From assembly GCA_963667015.2 (NCBI GenBank), contig CAXXJJ010000001.1:2208001-2272000 (forward strand): a DNA stretch of 64,000 bases, written 5' to 3'. Both the position numbers and the translations under genes were made by a program. The stretch is from Desulfatiglandales bacterium. Its GTDB lineage: Bacteria; Desulfobacterota; DSM-4660; Desulfatiglandales; HGW-15. Under the pieces are notes generated by a model that ran no database searches, was not told the DNA's origin, and saw nothing but the letters and a program-made list of their open reading frames with translations. This document shows positions 38,598 through 47,758 of this stretch, piece after piece (within the stretch, counting starts at the first letter, position 1; every line of letters starts with the position of its first letter).

Positions 38598-38897
38598 AGT
38601 TACTCCCTTTAAATGGAAATAAAAGCATATAAAAATTTTAAGTATATTTATATTTGAACAGAACTAACATTATTATCGTCGTAACTACTTAAAAACTAAA
38701 GGGAAAAATAAGATAACAAAAAGACTGATACAATAATTCCAGGTATGAGGACAAATAGATATGTATCTGGGGACATAATTAGCGACCTTGACTTTTTAAC
38801 TTAATATATTTTAACGCATTTGTTAAGTTTATAAGTAAAAGGCGCCCCTACCTCTGGTCCATCTCAAATGAATTAATGAAGAGCGTCCTACCATATA

Positions 38898-39050
38898 CAC
38901 CTTTCCTTTTTAACAAGGGGTATATACATCCTTGAGGCGATTAACCTTGATGGTGTAGCCCCTGGCAATTATGAACTCATCTGTCTGCCTATCAGGCTGG
39001 ATAAGGGAGATGCGGGTCCATGCAGGGCTGTAATACGTCCGCTCCTGTAA
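38898..39050 (+). pseudogene. 3' fragment of a second cyclase-family gene
   Basis: Homologous to sequence from 33026 onward (HLSFLTRGIYILEA..DAGPCRAVIRP), mostly third-position differences; no 5' part. Confidence 0.85.
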
Positions 39051-39158
39051 GTCGCTGTTCTCTAATATAATTGTGGGCGATAGGGGATCACAAAATATCA
39101 ATTGGCGCTTTATTTTGATATTTTGAGGTGCATCCCCCATTCCCCTACAACAGAGGTG

Positions 39159-39386
39159 TCATCTTTTCAGACTGTCTCTGATTATCTTGAGGATAAGAAT
39201 CAGAATGGGTGCTGAATGAAAAAAGAGGTCAAAAATATCAATCGGTTTTCTAAGCAAACCCTTTTTAAGCATTAACAGTTTTTCATAAAGATGAGGCATG
39301 GGATAAAAGGGTGCCAATCCCATCAGTATTGCAGCGAAAATAAGTGCCGGATATGGTATTTTATCTATAATATCAAAGAATTTCAT
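39159..39386 (-). CDS. Small membrane protein (copy 2)
   Basis: Identical translation to 34251..34478. Confidence 0.75.
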   Translation of the reverse strand: MKFFDIIDKIPYPALIFAAILMGLAPFYPMPHLYEKLLMLKKGLLRKPIDIFDLFFHSAPILILILKIIRDSLKR

Positions 39387-39652
39387 ATCATCTCTCCTGA
39401 AGATTTATCTTTCTGTAGTATTTTTTGCTGCATTATATTCTATTTTCCTGACAAAATAATTGTATTTTTATTTAGTGCCCATCCAAAATGGATATTCCGG
39501 GTCTGATTTCCCCATGAGTCCGGCCATTGGCCCCAATCGATCCGGTAAAAAGTCCCAACCAATCCGGGGTAGTTCCCATCCAATTATGAGTCTCTATAAT
39601 GAGTAAATGCATCAAGATTTGATGTAAATTCATTATAGAGGAGGTCACCTAA

Positions 39653-41185
39653 ATGACCAAATATCGAGAGATCCTTAGACTAAATAGTCTTGGGATCAAC
39701 CAAAGCAGTACAGCCAAAGGCTGTGGATGCTCAAGAAAGACAGTACGTAAAGTGCTTAATCGAGCAAAGGAACTACAAATTGAATGGCCTTTAAAAGCTG
39801 AGACCACAGATGTTGAACTGAAGAAGCAACTATTCCGGGAAGAAACCTCCAGAGAACCATCACGTAAACACCCTGATTATGATTACTTAGCCAGGGAAAT
39901 GATGCGGAACGGAGTAACCCTAAAGCTTCTGTGGAATGAGTACTGTGAGGAATGTAGACAGAGCAATGAGCTACCCCTCATGTACTCTCAGTTCTGTTTT
40001 CATTATCAGAAGTATTCTGAAAAAAAGCGTGCTACCATGCATATCCCTAGAAAACCGGGGGATCTTACAGAAGTTGACTGGGCAGGAGATACAGCCTCTG
40101 TTATCGACAGAGATACAGGGGAGATTATCCCTGCATATATCTTTGTAGGAGTTCTTTCCTATAGCCTGTACACTTATGTAGAAGCCTTCTTCAAACAGGA
40201 TATGGAAAGCTGGATAACTGCCCATGTTAACATGTATAACTTCTTTGGAGGGACAACACGTATGCTTGTTCCCGACAATCTTAAAGCAGGGGTTGAACGG
40301 AGCGACTGGTATACTCCGGTAATAAACAAAACCTACCGTGAAATGGCCGAACACTATGATACTGCAGTAATTCCCGCACGGGTTAAAAAGCCCAAAGATA
40401 AACCGAATGCTGAAGGCTCTGTAAAGGTGGTATCAGCATGGATTATCGCAGCTCTTCGTAATGAAAAGTTTTTTACTCTGGAAGAGTTGAACAGGGAAAT
40501 AAGCTTTAAACTGAACGGGTATAACCGCCGTAGCTTTCAAAAGAAAGAAGGCAGCCGATACAGTTTCTTTGAGGAAGAAAAGCCATTTATGGCACCGCTA
40601 CCTGCTGCCTCCTATGAACTGGCAACCTGGAAACAGGCCACAGTCCAGTTCAATTATCATATATCTGTAGATAAGATGCAATACTCCGTGCCTTACGAAT
40701 ATATTAAGCAGAAGGTCGATGTGAGGCTAACAAAAAACATTGTAGAGGTGTTTTATCGCAACACCCGAATCTGTTCCCATATGCGTCTATATGGGCGTCC
40801 TGGCCAGTACAGCAGCATCGAGGCTCATATGCCTGAAGATCATCAGAAATACCTGAAATGGGACAAAAGCCGTTTCATAGCATGGGCAGAAAAGATAGGT
40901 CCAAATACTGTTATTGCTATAAAATCCATACTCAACTCCTATAAGGTTGAACAGCAGGGTTATAAAAGCTGTATGGGGATTTTAAAGCTTGCAGATAAAT
41001 ACTCCCTGAATCGTCTGGAAGGTGCCTGTAAGAAGGCTTTATTTTATACTCCTCATCCGAGTTATAAGATAATTAAAAACATACTGACTACAGGTCAGGA
41101 CAAGGTTCCGGATAAAAAACAAAAAGAATCTTCAGCCCCGAATGAGCATGGCTTTACCCGCGGCGCCAAATATTACAGGAGGTAA
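39653..41185 (+). CDS. istA: IS21 transposase
   Basis: N-terminal HTH, EVDWAG, VPDNLK and KPKDKPNAEGSV. Confidence 0.95.
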   Translation: MTKYREILRLNSLGINQSSTAKGCGCSRKTVRKVLNRAKELQIEWPLKAETTDVELKKQLFREETSREPSRKHPDYDYLAREMMRNGVTLKLLWNEYCEECRQSNELPLMYSQFCFHYQKYSEKKRATMHIPRKPGDLTEVDWAGDTASVIDRDTGEIIPAYIFVGVLSYSLYTYVEAFFKQDMESWITAHVNMYNFFGGTTRMLVPDNLKAGVERSDWYTPVINKTYREMAEHYDTAVIPARVKKPKDKPNAEGSVKVVSAWIIAALRNEKFFTLEELNREISFKLNGYNRRSFQKKEGSRYSFFEEEKPFMAPLPAASYELATWKQATVQFNYHISVDKMQYSVPYEYIKQKVDVRLTKNIVEVFYRNTRICSHMRLYGRPGQYSSIEAHMPEDHQKYLKWDKSRFIAWAEKIGPNTVIAIKSILNSYKVEQQGYKSCMGILKLADKYSLNRLEGACKKALFYTPHPSYKIIKNILTTGQDKVPDKKQKESSAPNEHGFTRGAKYYRR

Positions 41186-41189
41186 AGCC

Positions 41190-41960
41190 ATGATAAATAC
41201 AGCAACCATCAACAAGTTGATTGAAATGCGCATGTCAGCCATGGCAAACGCTTTACGTACACAGATGCAGGATAACTCAATGTATGATTTATCCTTTGAA
41301 GAGCGTATCGGAATGCTTGTGGACATTGAATACGACACTCGTAAAACCAACCGTCTGCATAGGTTGATAAGGAATGCTTCCTTTGACCAGCCTTCAGCCT
41401 CTATTGCTGATATAAATTACAGTTCAGGAAGAAAGCTCAATAAAAGTCTTATTAAACGTTTATCTACCTGTAACTACATTACTGATAGGCACAATGTTAT
41501 GGTCCTTGGAGCTACCGGTGCAGGAAAGTCCTATATTGCATGTGCATTAGGTATGGAGGCATGCAAACACCACTACACTGTGAAATACATCCGCCTCCCG
41601 GAATTGCTTGCGGAACTGGCAATAGCCAGAGGTGAAGGGTGCTTCAAGAAGGTTGTTAATCAGTATAAAAAATACAGGCTTTTAATTTTGGATGAATGGA
41701 TGCTTGTTTCTTTAATCGAAACTGAGGCAAGGGATCTCCTGGAAATAATCCATGCCCGTCATAAAAATGCATCCACTATTTTTTGTTCTCAGTTTGCACC
41801 TGCTGGCTGGTATAAGAAAATAGCAGAATCAACTTTAGCTGATGCCATCCTTGACCGAATTGTTCACGACTCTTACACCATTGAAATACAGTACATTGAT
41901 AAAGATAACGACAAATCCATGAGGGAAGTTTACGGCATTAACAATAAAAAGAAAAATTAG
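41190..41960 (+). CDS. istB: IS21 helper ATPase
   Basis: GATGAGKS Walker A, LLILDE and ADAILDRIVH; AGGAGG RBS before ATG 41190. Confidence 0.95.
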   Translation: MINTATINKLIEMRMSAMANALRTQMQDNSMYDLSFEERIGMLVDIEYDTRKTNRLHRLIRNASFDQPSASIADINYSSGRKLNKSLIKRLSTCNYITDRHNVMVLGATGAGKSYIACALGMEACKHHYTVKYIRLPELLAELAIARGEGCFKKVVNQYKKYRLLILDEWMLVSLIETEARDLLEIIHARHKNASTIFCSQFAPAGWYKKIAESTLADAILDRIVHDSYTIEIQYIDKDNDKSMREVYGINNKKKN

Positions 41961-42707
41961 AAAAAACCTTTAAACTGGTTCCTCTCCGGAACCAATGGGA
42001 CATCCTGTCCGGATTCGTTGGGACCAACTATCCGGACAGGGTGGATTTTTTAACCGGTATATCCACAAAAAGAACAAAAATACGGATGGAGCTGTCAGCA
42101 TTCAGCGATCAGCCATCAGCTAAACCACCGTTTTAAAGGCATTTTGCTGAACGCTGACAGCCGACGGCGTCCATTCAAAAAGGGCCGTTTATGGATGGAC
42201 ACTATTTAGGTGTATTTCGTGTGTTTCGCCTGTCACAAAATAGCCTTGGCGACAGCGGATGGTTAATAGGGTTTTTGTCTTTGGTTTGGCTTAGCGGTTT
42301 ACAAAAGGCAATTAACAAACTAGAAGCTTCTCAGGTATAGGCTTTTGGAGAAGAGTAATAGCCTATTTTATTTTATTCAATTACATTATTAAACAGCGCT
42401 ACCATATTATTTTTGTTAAAATATTTAAATTATACTGTCTAAAATCAGCCTAATTTTATTCCAACTTTCCGAAACAATATCCATATTAAGTCAATTTTTG
42501 TCAGGAGAGTCTTCTTTTCTGTTCATTTTTAGATTATAGAATGGTAAATTCCTTTCAAAATTCAACATCTCATTTTCAACTAAATTTCTAAAGAGTGTTA
42601 TATATACAATAAATTAAACAGTAGACTTCTCGCATATGACCTTTTGTTCCTTCAAAAAACTCAATATATAGCTGTTTTATAGTGTGGATGTAGGAGTTAT
42701 TTTTAAA

Positions 42708-44138
42708 TCAATCAGTTGTCGTAGACCGGTCCCATTTCACCCTTTTTGTGAAATGTTTCGAACTATCGATTACTAAATTATCAGGTATAATTATTTGATT
42801 TTTAGACTGATTTACAAGTTGTATAGCGCCTTTAAAAATGATATTGCCTCCAAATTGAAAATCTCCTTGGATAGCCAAGCTTTCACAATTGATTAAAGAA
42901 GGAATCCCATTGGGAAATCGTGACTCAAAATCATCTAAAAAAGCATAATATTTTTTATCAAGACTAATAGAAAAATGATCGTAATTTCGAGAAGTATTTG
43001 GGACAATACAAAAATCTTTATTTAGAGTGTAGAGGTCAGAACGGATAGTAATAAGATCATTATTTGTTTTGACTGGTGCAAAACGAGATCTTGGAACTCT
43101 TACGGCAGATGAATTATCAAATAAATCAATACCTGCCCCCATCGCAGTCTCTATCTGATATACTATAGGTGAAGACTTGTCTTTAGAATCAATATTTTTA
43201 AGGTTACGTATTATTGGTAGCAGGAGCACCCCATCATTACCTACAAAAAAATCACTTAATGTTTGAAGGTTAATCCACAGATTGTTAGTATTAAAATATT
43301 TATGTCGAGTGGTATCTTGAAATGCTATTAAATCATTTGGAGAGCATTGAGATAACTCTCGTAAAATTAATCTGTTTCCTTTTAGCCAAGCTAAATGGCC
43401 TCCTTTTTGGTCCATAGGTGTTCGGTCAGCTACTTCAAGCATGAAGCTAAAATCATTCTTTATAAAATGTCCTAATATTTTTGGATCTAAGAAAGCTCCA
43501 AGGTTATCTATATTAGAAATAAAAGCATATTTATAACCTGAATTTAGAAGATAATCTAACATATGAGTAGTATAAAGAGATAAATAGATATCTCCATGTC
43601 CAGGGGGACACCACTCTAGCTCTCGATCTTTTGGCCAATCCACAGGAGTTAAATCAGATTCATTTACTTTCGGAACTCTATGTTGCTTGAAAACGAGAGG
43701 CTTTATATTTTTATATTTATATATAATTTCCAGTGAAGCCATTGTATCATCGTGTGTGGCGAAGCTATTCATTAATACGAGTTGCGAACCAATTTGCATT
43801 GCTTGTCGAGCAGTTATATCTAGGAAAGTAAGGCTATCTTTAATAGGGATTAACGATTTAGCTTTATTCAACCCCATACTTGTTCCAAGCCCACCATTTA
43901 GTTTTATGGTAACTGTTTTATTTAAAAATTGTTTACCTATTTCTATTAAGTTAGATGAAAAAGTATCACTATCAGGGAGGGAAGAAACAGGAGTAATGCA
44001 TGACTCTGGAATATAGCCAGTCTCACCATTCTCTAATTGTTTATAATAATGATAGAATGATTTTATTAATGGATGAGGGAGACCATTAATGGCCATTTTT
44101 TCAGCAAAAGGAGTAAAACTCTTTGAAAAAGAAGCCAA
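42708..44138 (-). CDS. UTP--glucose-1-phosphate uridylyltransferase, eukaryote-like UGPase type (not GalU)
   Basis: KLNGGLGTSMG..KAKS, LMNSF.T, WCPPGHGD, SNIDNLG, KGGH, FNTNNLW and RSRFAPVKT; TTG start with AGGAGG. Confidence 0.92.
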   Translation of the reverse strand: MASFSKSFTPFAEKMAINGLPHPLIKSFYHYYKQLENGETGYIPESCITPVSSLPDSDTFSSNLIEIGKQFLNKTVTIKLNGGLGTSMGLNKAKSLIPIKDSLTFLDITARQAMQIGSQLVLMNSFATHDDTMASLEIIYKYKNIKPLVFKQHRVPKVNESDLTPVDWPKDRELEWCPPGHGDIYLSLYTTHMLDYLLNSGYKYAFISNIDNLGAFLDPKILGHFIKNDFSFMLEVADRTPMDQKGGHLAWLKGNRLILRELSQCSPNDLIAFQDTTRHKYFNTNNLWINLQTLSDFFVGNDGVLLLPIIRNLKNIDSKDKSSPIVYQIETAMGAGIDLFDNSSAVRVPRSRFAPVKTNNDLITIRSDLYTLNKDFCIVPNTSRNYDHFSISLDKKYYAFLDDFESRFPNGIPSLINCESLAIQGDFQFGGNIIFKGAIQLVNQSKNQIIIPDNLVIDSSKHFTKRVKWDRSTTTD

Positions 44139-44215
44139 AAAAACCTCCTTTAAAAATGGAAATATTATTTTTATTATTTTCTAACATACTATAATTAACG
44201 AGTAACTCTCAGTTC

Positions 44216-44440
44216 CTAAGATTTACTCTGGATTATTCTATCAATTTCTCGAAGCTTTGAAGATAATTCTGATAATTCTTCAGCCTCTCCATTATATTCA
44301 TCATTTATACTATCAGCATAAAAGGAATTCTGATTTGAATAGCGTTCATCGTACCTTCGTTGATTCTCATAGAATTCACTTTGTACTTTAACACGATAAG
44401 CTTTAAGCTCATCAATATTCATTTTAGCTAAATCTGTCAT
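44216..44440 (-). CDS. Small acidic coiled-coil hypothetical protein
   Basis: 74-aa ORF in AT-rich DNA with GAGGTG/AAGGA upstream; no recognised motif. Confidence 0.5.
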   Translation of the reverse strand: MTDLAKMNIDELKAYRVKVQSEFYENQRRYDERYSNQNSFYADSINDEYNGEAEELSELSSKLREIDRIIQSKS

Positions 44441-45207
44441 AAATTCCTTTCACCTCACATTCATTTATAGTTACATTTTGGGGCACAAATATAGATAATG
44501 ATTTTTAGAAATAATATATTAAATGATATAAATCAATATAAGTAATCAATTTTTTTTTACATTTTTTGGCGAACTTCAAGATGTCTGATTTCTAAATAGA
44601 AATGGGAAGTTGACCTCTCATAATCCCTTCCAACCGATAGGTAAATCTGAGGTTATCCCTTTTATAAGACACTATACCACATATAATCTGGCTATATGGA
44701 TTATGACAATTCTTGTTTAGACTTTTTAATTTGATAATGGGTTATTGACTTAGCTCACCCATTTCTCAAATCATTTGTGAAACAGTTTTTTGACAATTAT
44801 TTTGTCATTGCATATCTATGTGAATTATCAATACAATTTCTATTCGCTAAGCTGTATAGCACCTCGTTATGGAAATTTATTGATTTCATTTTTACTTAAT
44901 CCTTATTATTTGAAATTATTATTTTTTTAAATATTGGGTGAACAGAGTCAATAAGCCATTTGATAATATGTCTTGTCCCAGTGGGAATCTCTTTTATAAA
45001 TAATCCTGAAAATGTTTAAACTTCTTTATCAAGTTGGAATTCTATTGTTCATCTGTCTAATGTCACAATAAAAAATCATGGATTAAACTTGGATTAAAAG
45101 AGATAGTCAAAAATAATATCATATAGTTATTTTCCTTGTTGAACAATTAGGTATAATATTGAATATATAATGTTATTTTTTCTACAAAAAATGATTGAGG
45201 TTATTAC

Positions 45208-46266
45208 ATGATGATAAAAACAGGTGTTATCGGATATGGGTATTCAGCAAAAACATTTCACTTACCACTTATTGTGTCATCAAAACAGTTTGAGCTCTCT
45301 GCTATCAGCACATCTAGGTCTGAGGAGGTAAGGCTAAAATTTCCATCCATATCCATTTTTAACACTGTTCATGATCTAATCACTACTTCAGGAGTTGAGC
45401 TGATTATCATAACTGCTCCTAATGACGTTCATTTTTCTCTGGCAAAAATTTGCCTTGAGAATGGAAAGCATGTTGTCCTTGAGAAACCAATGGTTACAAC
45501 AAGCTCGGAGGCAGAGGAACTGGCTGAATTTGCAGAAACTCAGGGTCTAATTTTATCTGTATTTCATAACCGGCGCTGGGATGGTGATTATTTGACTGTA
45601 AAAAAGATTATTGAAGAAAAATTAATTGGTGACATCCGCTATTTTGAATCACACTTTGATCGGTTCCGTCCAGAAGTCAAAAAAAGGTGGAGAGAAATGC
45701 CTAGAGCTGGAAATGGCATCTGGTATGATTTAGGTTCTCATCTAATCGACCAGGCTGTTTGTCTTTTTGGATTACCGGAGTCATTGACAGCAAGGTGCCT
45801 CTTGTTAAAAAAGAATTCTGAAGCAACGGATTACTTTCATGTCTTACTTCATTACAAAAAGCTTGAGGTAGTTCTTCACGCGAGTTCATTTTGTGCAGGT
45901 CCTAATAAACGTTTTCATATTGAAGGGACCAAAGGGAGTTTTATCAAATACGGGTTTGATCCCCAAGAGTCCCATTTAAAAAAAGGAATGTTACCATCTG
46001 AAACAAATTTTGGGATTGAAGGAAAAGAGAAGTTTGGTACATTGTATAATGGAACGAAAGCCATTAAAGTCGATACTGAGGCTGGCTGCTATCACCAGTA
46101 TTATTCAGGAATCGCTAACGCGATCAACAATAAAAAAGTATGTCCTGTAAAATGTGAAGACGCATTGAACATAATAAAGATTCTAGAACAGGCAGAAATC
46201 AGTAGTCGATCTGGTAAAACTATTAAATTAAACAATCTCAAAACGGATGAGCCTGTTTGCTTCTAG
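45208..46266 (+). CDS. Gfo/Idh/MocA oxidoreductase (YdgJ-like)
   Basis: GVIGYGYS, GKHVVLEKP, FHNRRWDGD and DLGSHLIDQA. Confidence 0.92.
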   Translation: MMIKTGVIGYGYSAKTFHLPLIVSSKQFELSAISTSRSEEVRLKFPSISIFNTVHDLITTSGVELIIITAPNDVHFSLAKICLENGKHVVLEKPMVTTSSEAEELAEFAETQGLILSVFHNRRWDGDYLTVKKIIEEKLIGDIRYFESHFDRFRPEVKKRWREMPRAGNGIWYDLGSHLIDQAVCLFGLPESLTARCLLLKKNSEATDYFHVLLHYKKLEVVLHASSFCAGPNKRFHIEGTKGSFIKYGFDPQESHLKKGMLPSETNFGIEGKEKFGTLYNGTKAIKVDTEAGCYHQYYSGIANAINNKKVCPVKCEDALNIIKILEQAEISSRSGKTIKLNNLKTDEPVCF

Positions 46267-46553
46267 TGTATAGGACGAGTAGAACGTATTTCAAAATGTC
46301 AAAACTTATCAATATTAAATACATCCTTTAAACATATTGCTGTTTGGCGTATATTCATAACATAGAGTTATCGAAGGATTTTTTTAATGGTTTTACAGAA
46401 TTGCACGGCAATGTTTAGAAATGCCAAGCCAAGCACTGTTAGAATAGAAAATAAAAACTCATAAAATTCAGAAAAGAATTTATTCACTTTATGTGAGGAA
46501 TGATTAATCAAAACCAAAGGATAGCATAGTTCAATTCAATATCGAGGCATCAA

Positions 46554-47756
46554 ATGACTTATAAAAACACTTACATCAGAACGAGCAGTTATGAGGATAG
46601 TTTCTGGAAGGAATTTGATAGCAGAGAAGCGCGGCGGCGCTTTTGGAATGACCTGTTTAAACGCAGAGGTGAACATCATCTCCTTAACAGCGGATGTGCT
46701 GCAAACAAAGCGATTTATCTTGAAGTGCACCCATATTTTCACGAACAGGACAGGCTGTGTTCCAACAGATGTGTCTGGTGCACCAGAGGGGATGAACGCA
46801 AGGCACTTGAATCAAATGGAAACATTGGTATTGAGCCGGAACGGTTACTAACACTAATTAACCAAATTAGTGAGCATATCCACGAGGGTGTTCTTCTTTC
46901 AGGCAATTGCACCGAACCTTTACAGTATCCAATGATTGATGAAGTTGTGAAGTTAATAAAAAAATGTAACCTCGGTTTTCGCATCAACACAAATTTTTAT
47001 CAAGGTGACAAACTGTTTGATGCCGTTAAACTGCTGGATAAGCGTGACTTCATTCGTGTCAGTTTAGATGGATTTAGTGAAAATGCCTACAACATCTCCC
47101 ATCGCCCGCAGTTTATAGATGCATTTATCCGCACCAAAACCAATGTCGAGGAGCTAATCCAGATTAGAGACAAACTACATAGTCAGTTTGGTATCGGTTT
47201 GACCTGGATTATGACAAAATCAAACACCTTACTGAACGATATTAGAAACGCTCTTCACTGGGCAGAAGGTTTAAAACTCAACTCCATTCGATTTCGTATA
47301 CCTGCAGAGCCGTTGGTAGGAAATGAGTCTTTTTGTAAAGACGATCCATGCCTTACAGTTAATGAGTTGCTTGAACTGAAACAAGAACTACAGACTGACC
47401 TGAGCAGTCTTACATCGGTAAATGTTCAATTTTTAGAGGAACCACACACACCACAGGAAAAGACATTTGAAAAATGTCACTACTACAGAATCATGTCCGT
47501 GCTCGGTGCAAGTGGAATGTTTTTTCCATGTACATCGTTGTCGATGGTCTCGAACAGGAATGATCTGGGTTATGGTGATGTCAACACTCCCGCGTTTGAT
47601 TACCTGAAAACGCGAGATGCATTCATCAAAAAATGGTCATTGTTGAATCCCAAAAAGTTCTGCAATGGTCGGGTCTCAGAGTGCACAAGGTTTGAATTTT
47701 CAGTAAATGAATGGTTAGAGATAGATGAAAAAAAACCTGACCGGATACCTATTTAA
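46554..47756 (+). CDS. Radical SAM protein with C-terminal SPASM/twitch-like Cys domain
   Basis: CSNRCVWC, LSGNCTEP, INTN and IRVSLDG; C-terminal CHYY..FFPC..C..EC. Confidence 0.85.
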   Translation: MTYKNTYIRTSSYEDSFWKEFDSREARRRFWNDLFKRRGEHHLLNSGCAANKAIYLEVHPYFHEQDRLCSNRCVWCTRGDERKALESNGNIGIEPERLLTLINQISEHIHEGVLLSGNCTEPLQYPMIDEVVKLIKKCNLGFRINTNFYQGDKLFDAVKLLDKRDFIRVSLDGFSENAYNISHRPQFIDAFIRTKTNVEELIQIRDKLHSQFGIGLTWIMTKSNTLLNDIRNALHWAEGLKLNSIRFRIPAEPLVGNESFCKDDPCLTVNELLELKQELQTDLSSLTSVNVQFLEEPHTPQEKTFEKCHYYRIMSVLGASGMFFPCTSLSMVSNRNDLGYGDVNTPAFDYLKTRDAFIKKWSLLNPKKFCNGRVSECTRFEFSVNEWLEIDEKKPDRIPI

Positions 47757-47758
47757 AT

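Larger units (their letters stand above)
39489..42065 (+). mobile_element. IS21-family insertion sequence
   Basis: TGGATATTCCGG...CCGGTATATCCA ends (TG..CA), several subterminal TCCGG repeats, 5-bp direct repeat CAAAA, istA and istB. Confidence 0.92.
39475..42202. mobile_element. MITE-like element, copy B, interrupted by IS21
   Basis: GTGCCCATCCAAAA (39475-39488) continues at 42071-42202; inverted homolog of copy A; 6-bp direct repeat TATTTA (39469-39474 and 42203-42208). Confidence 0.8.

Noticed and set aside
46554..47756. Prokaryotic viperin
   Set aside because: Viperin-type motifs (CNYxCxFC, GGEP) are not matched and a Cys-rich C-terminal domain is present; kept as a generic radical SAM
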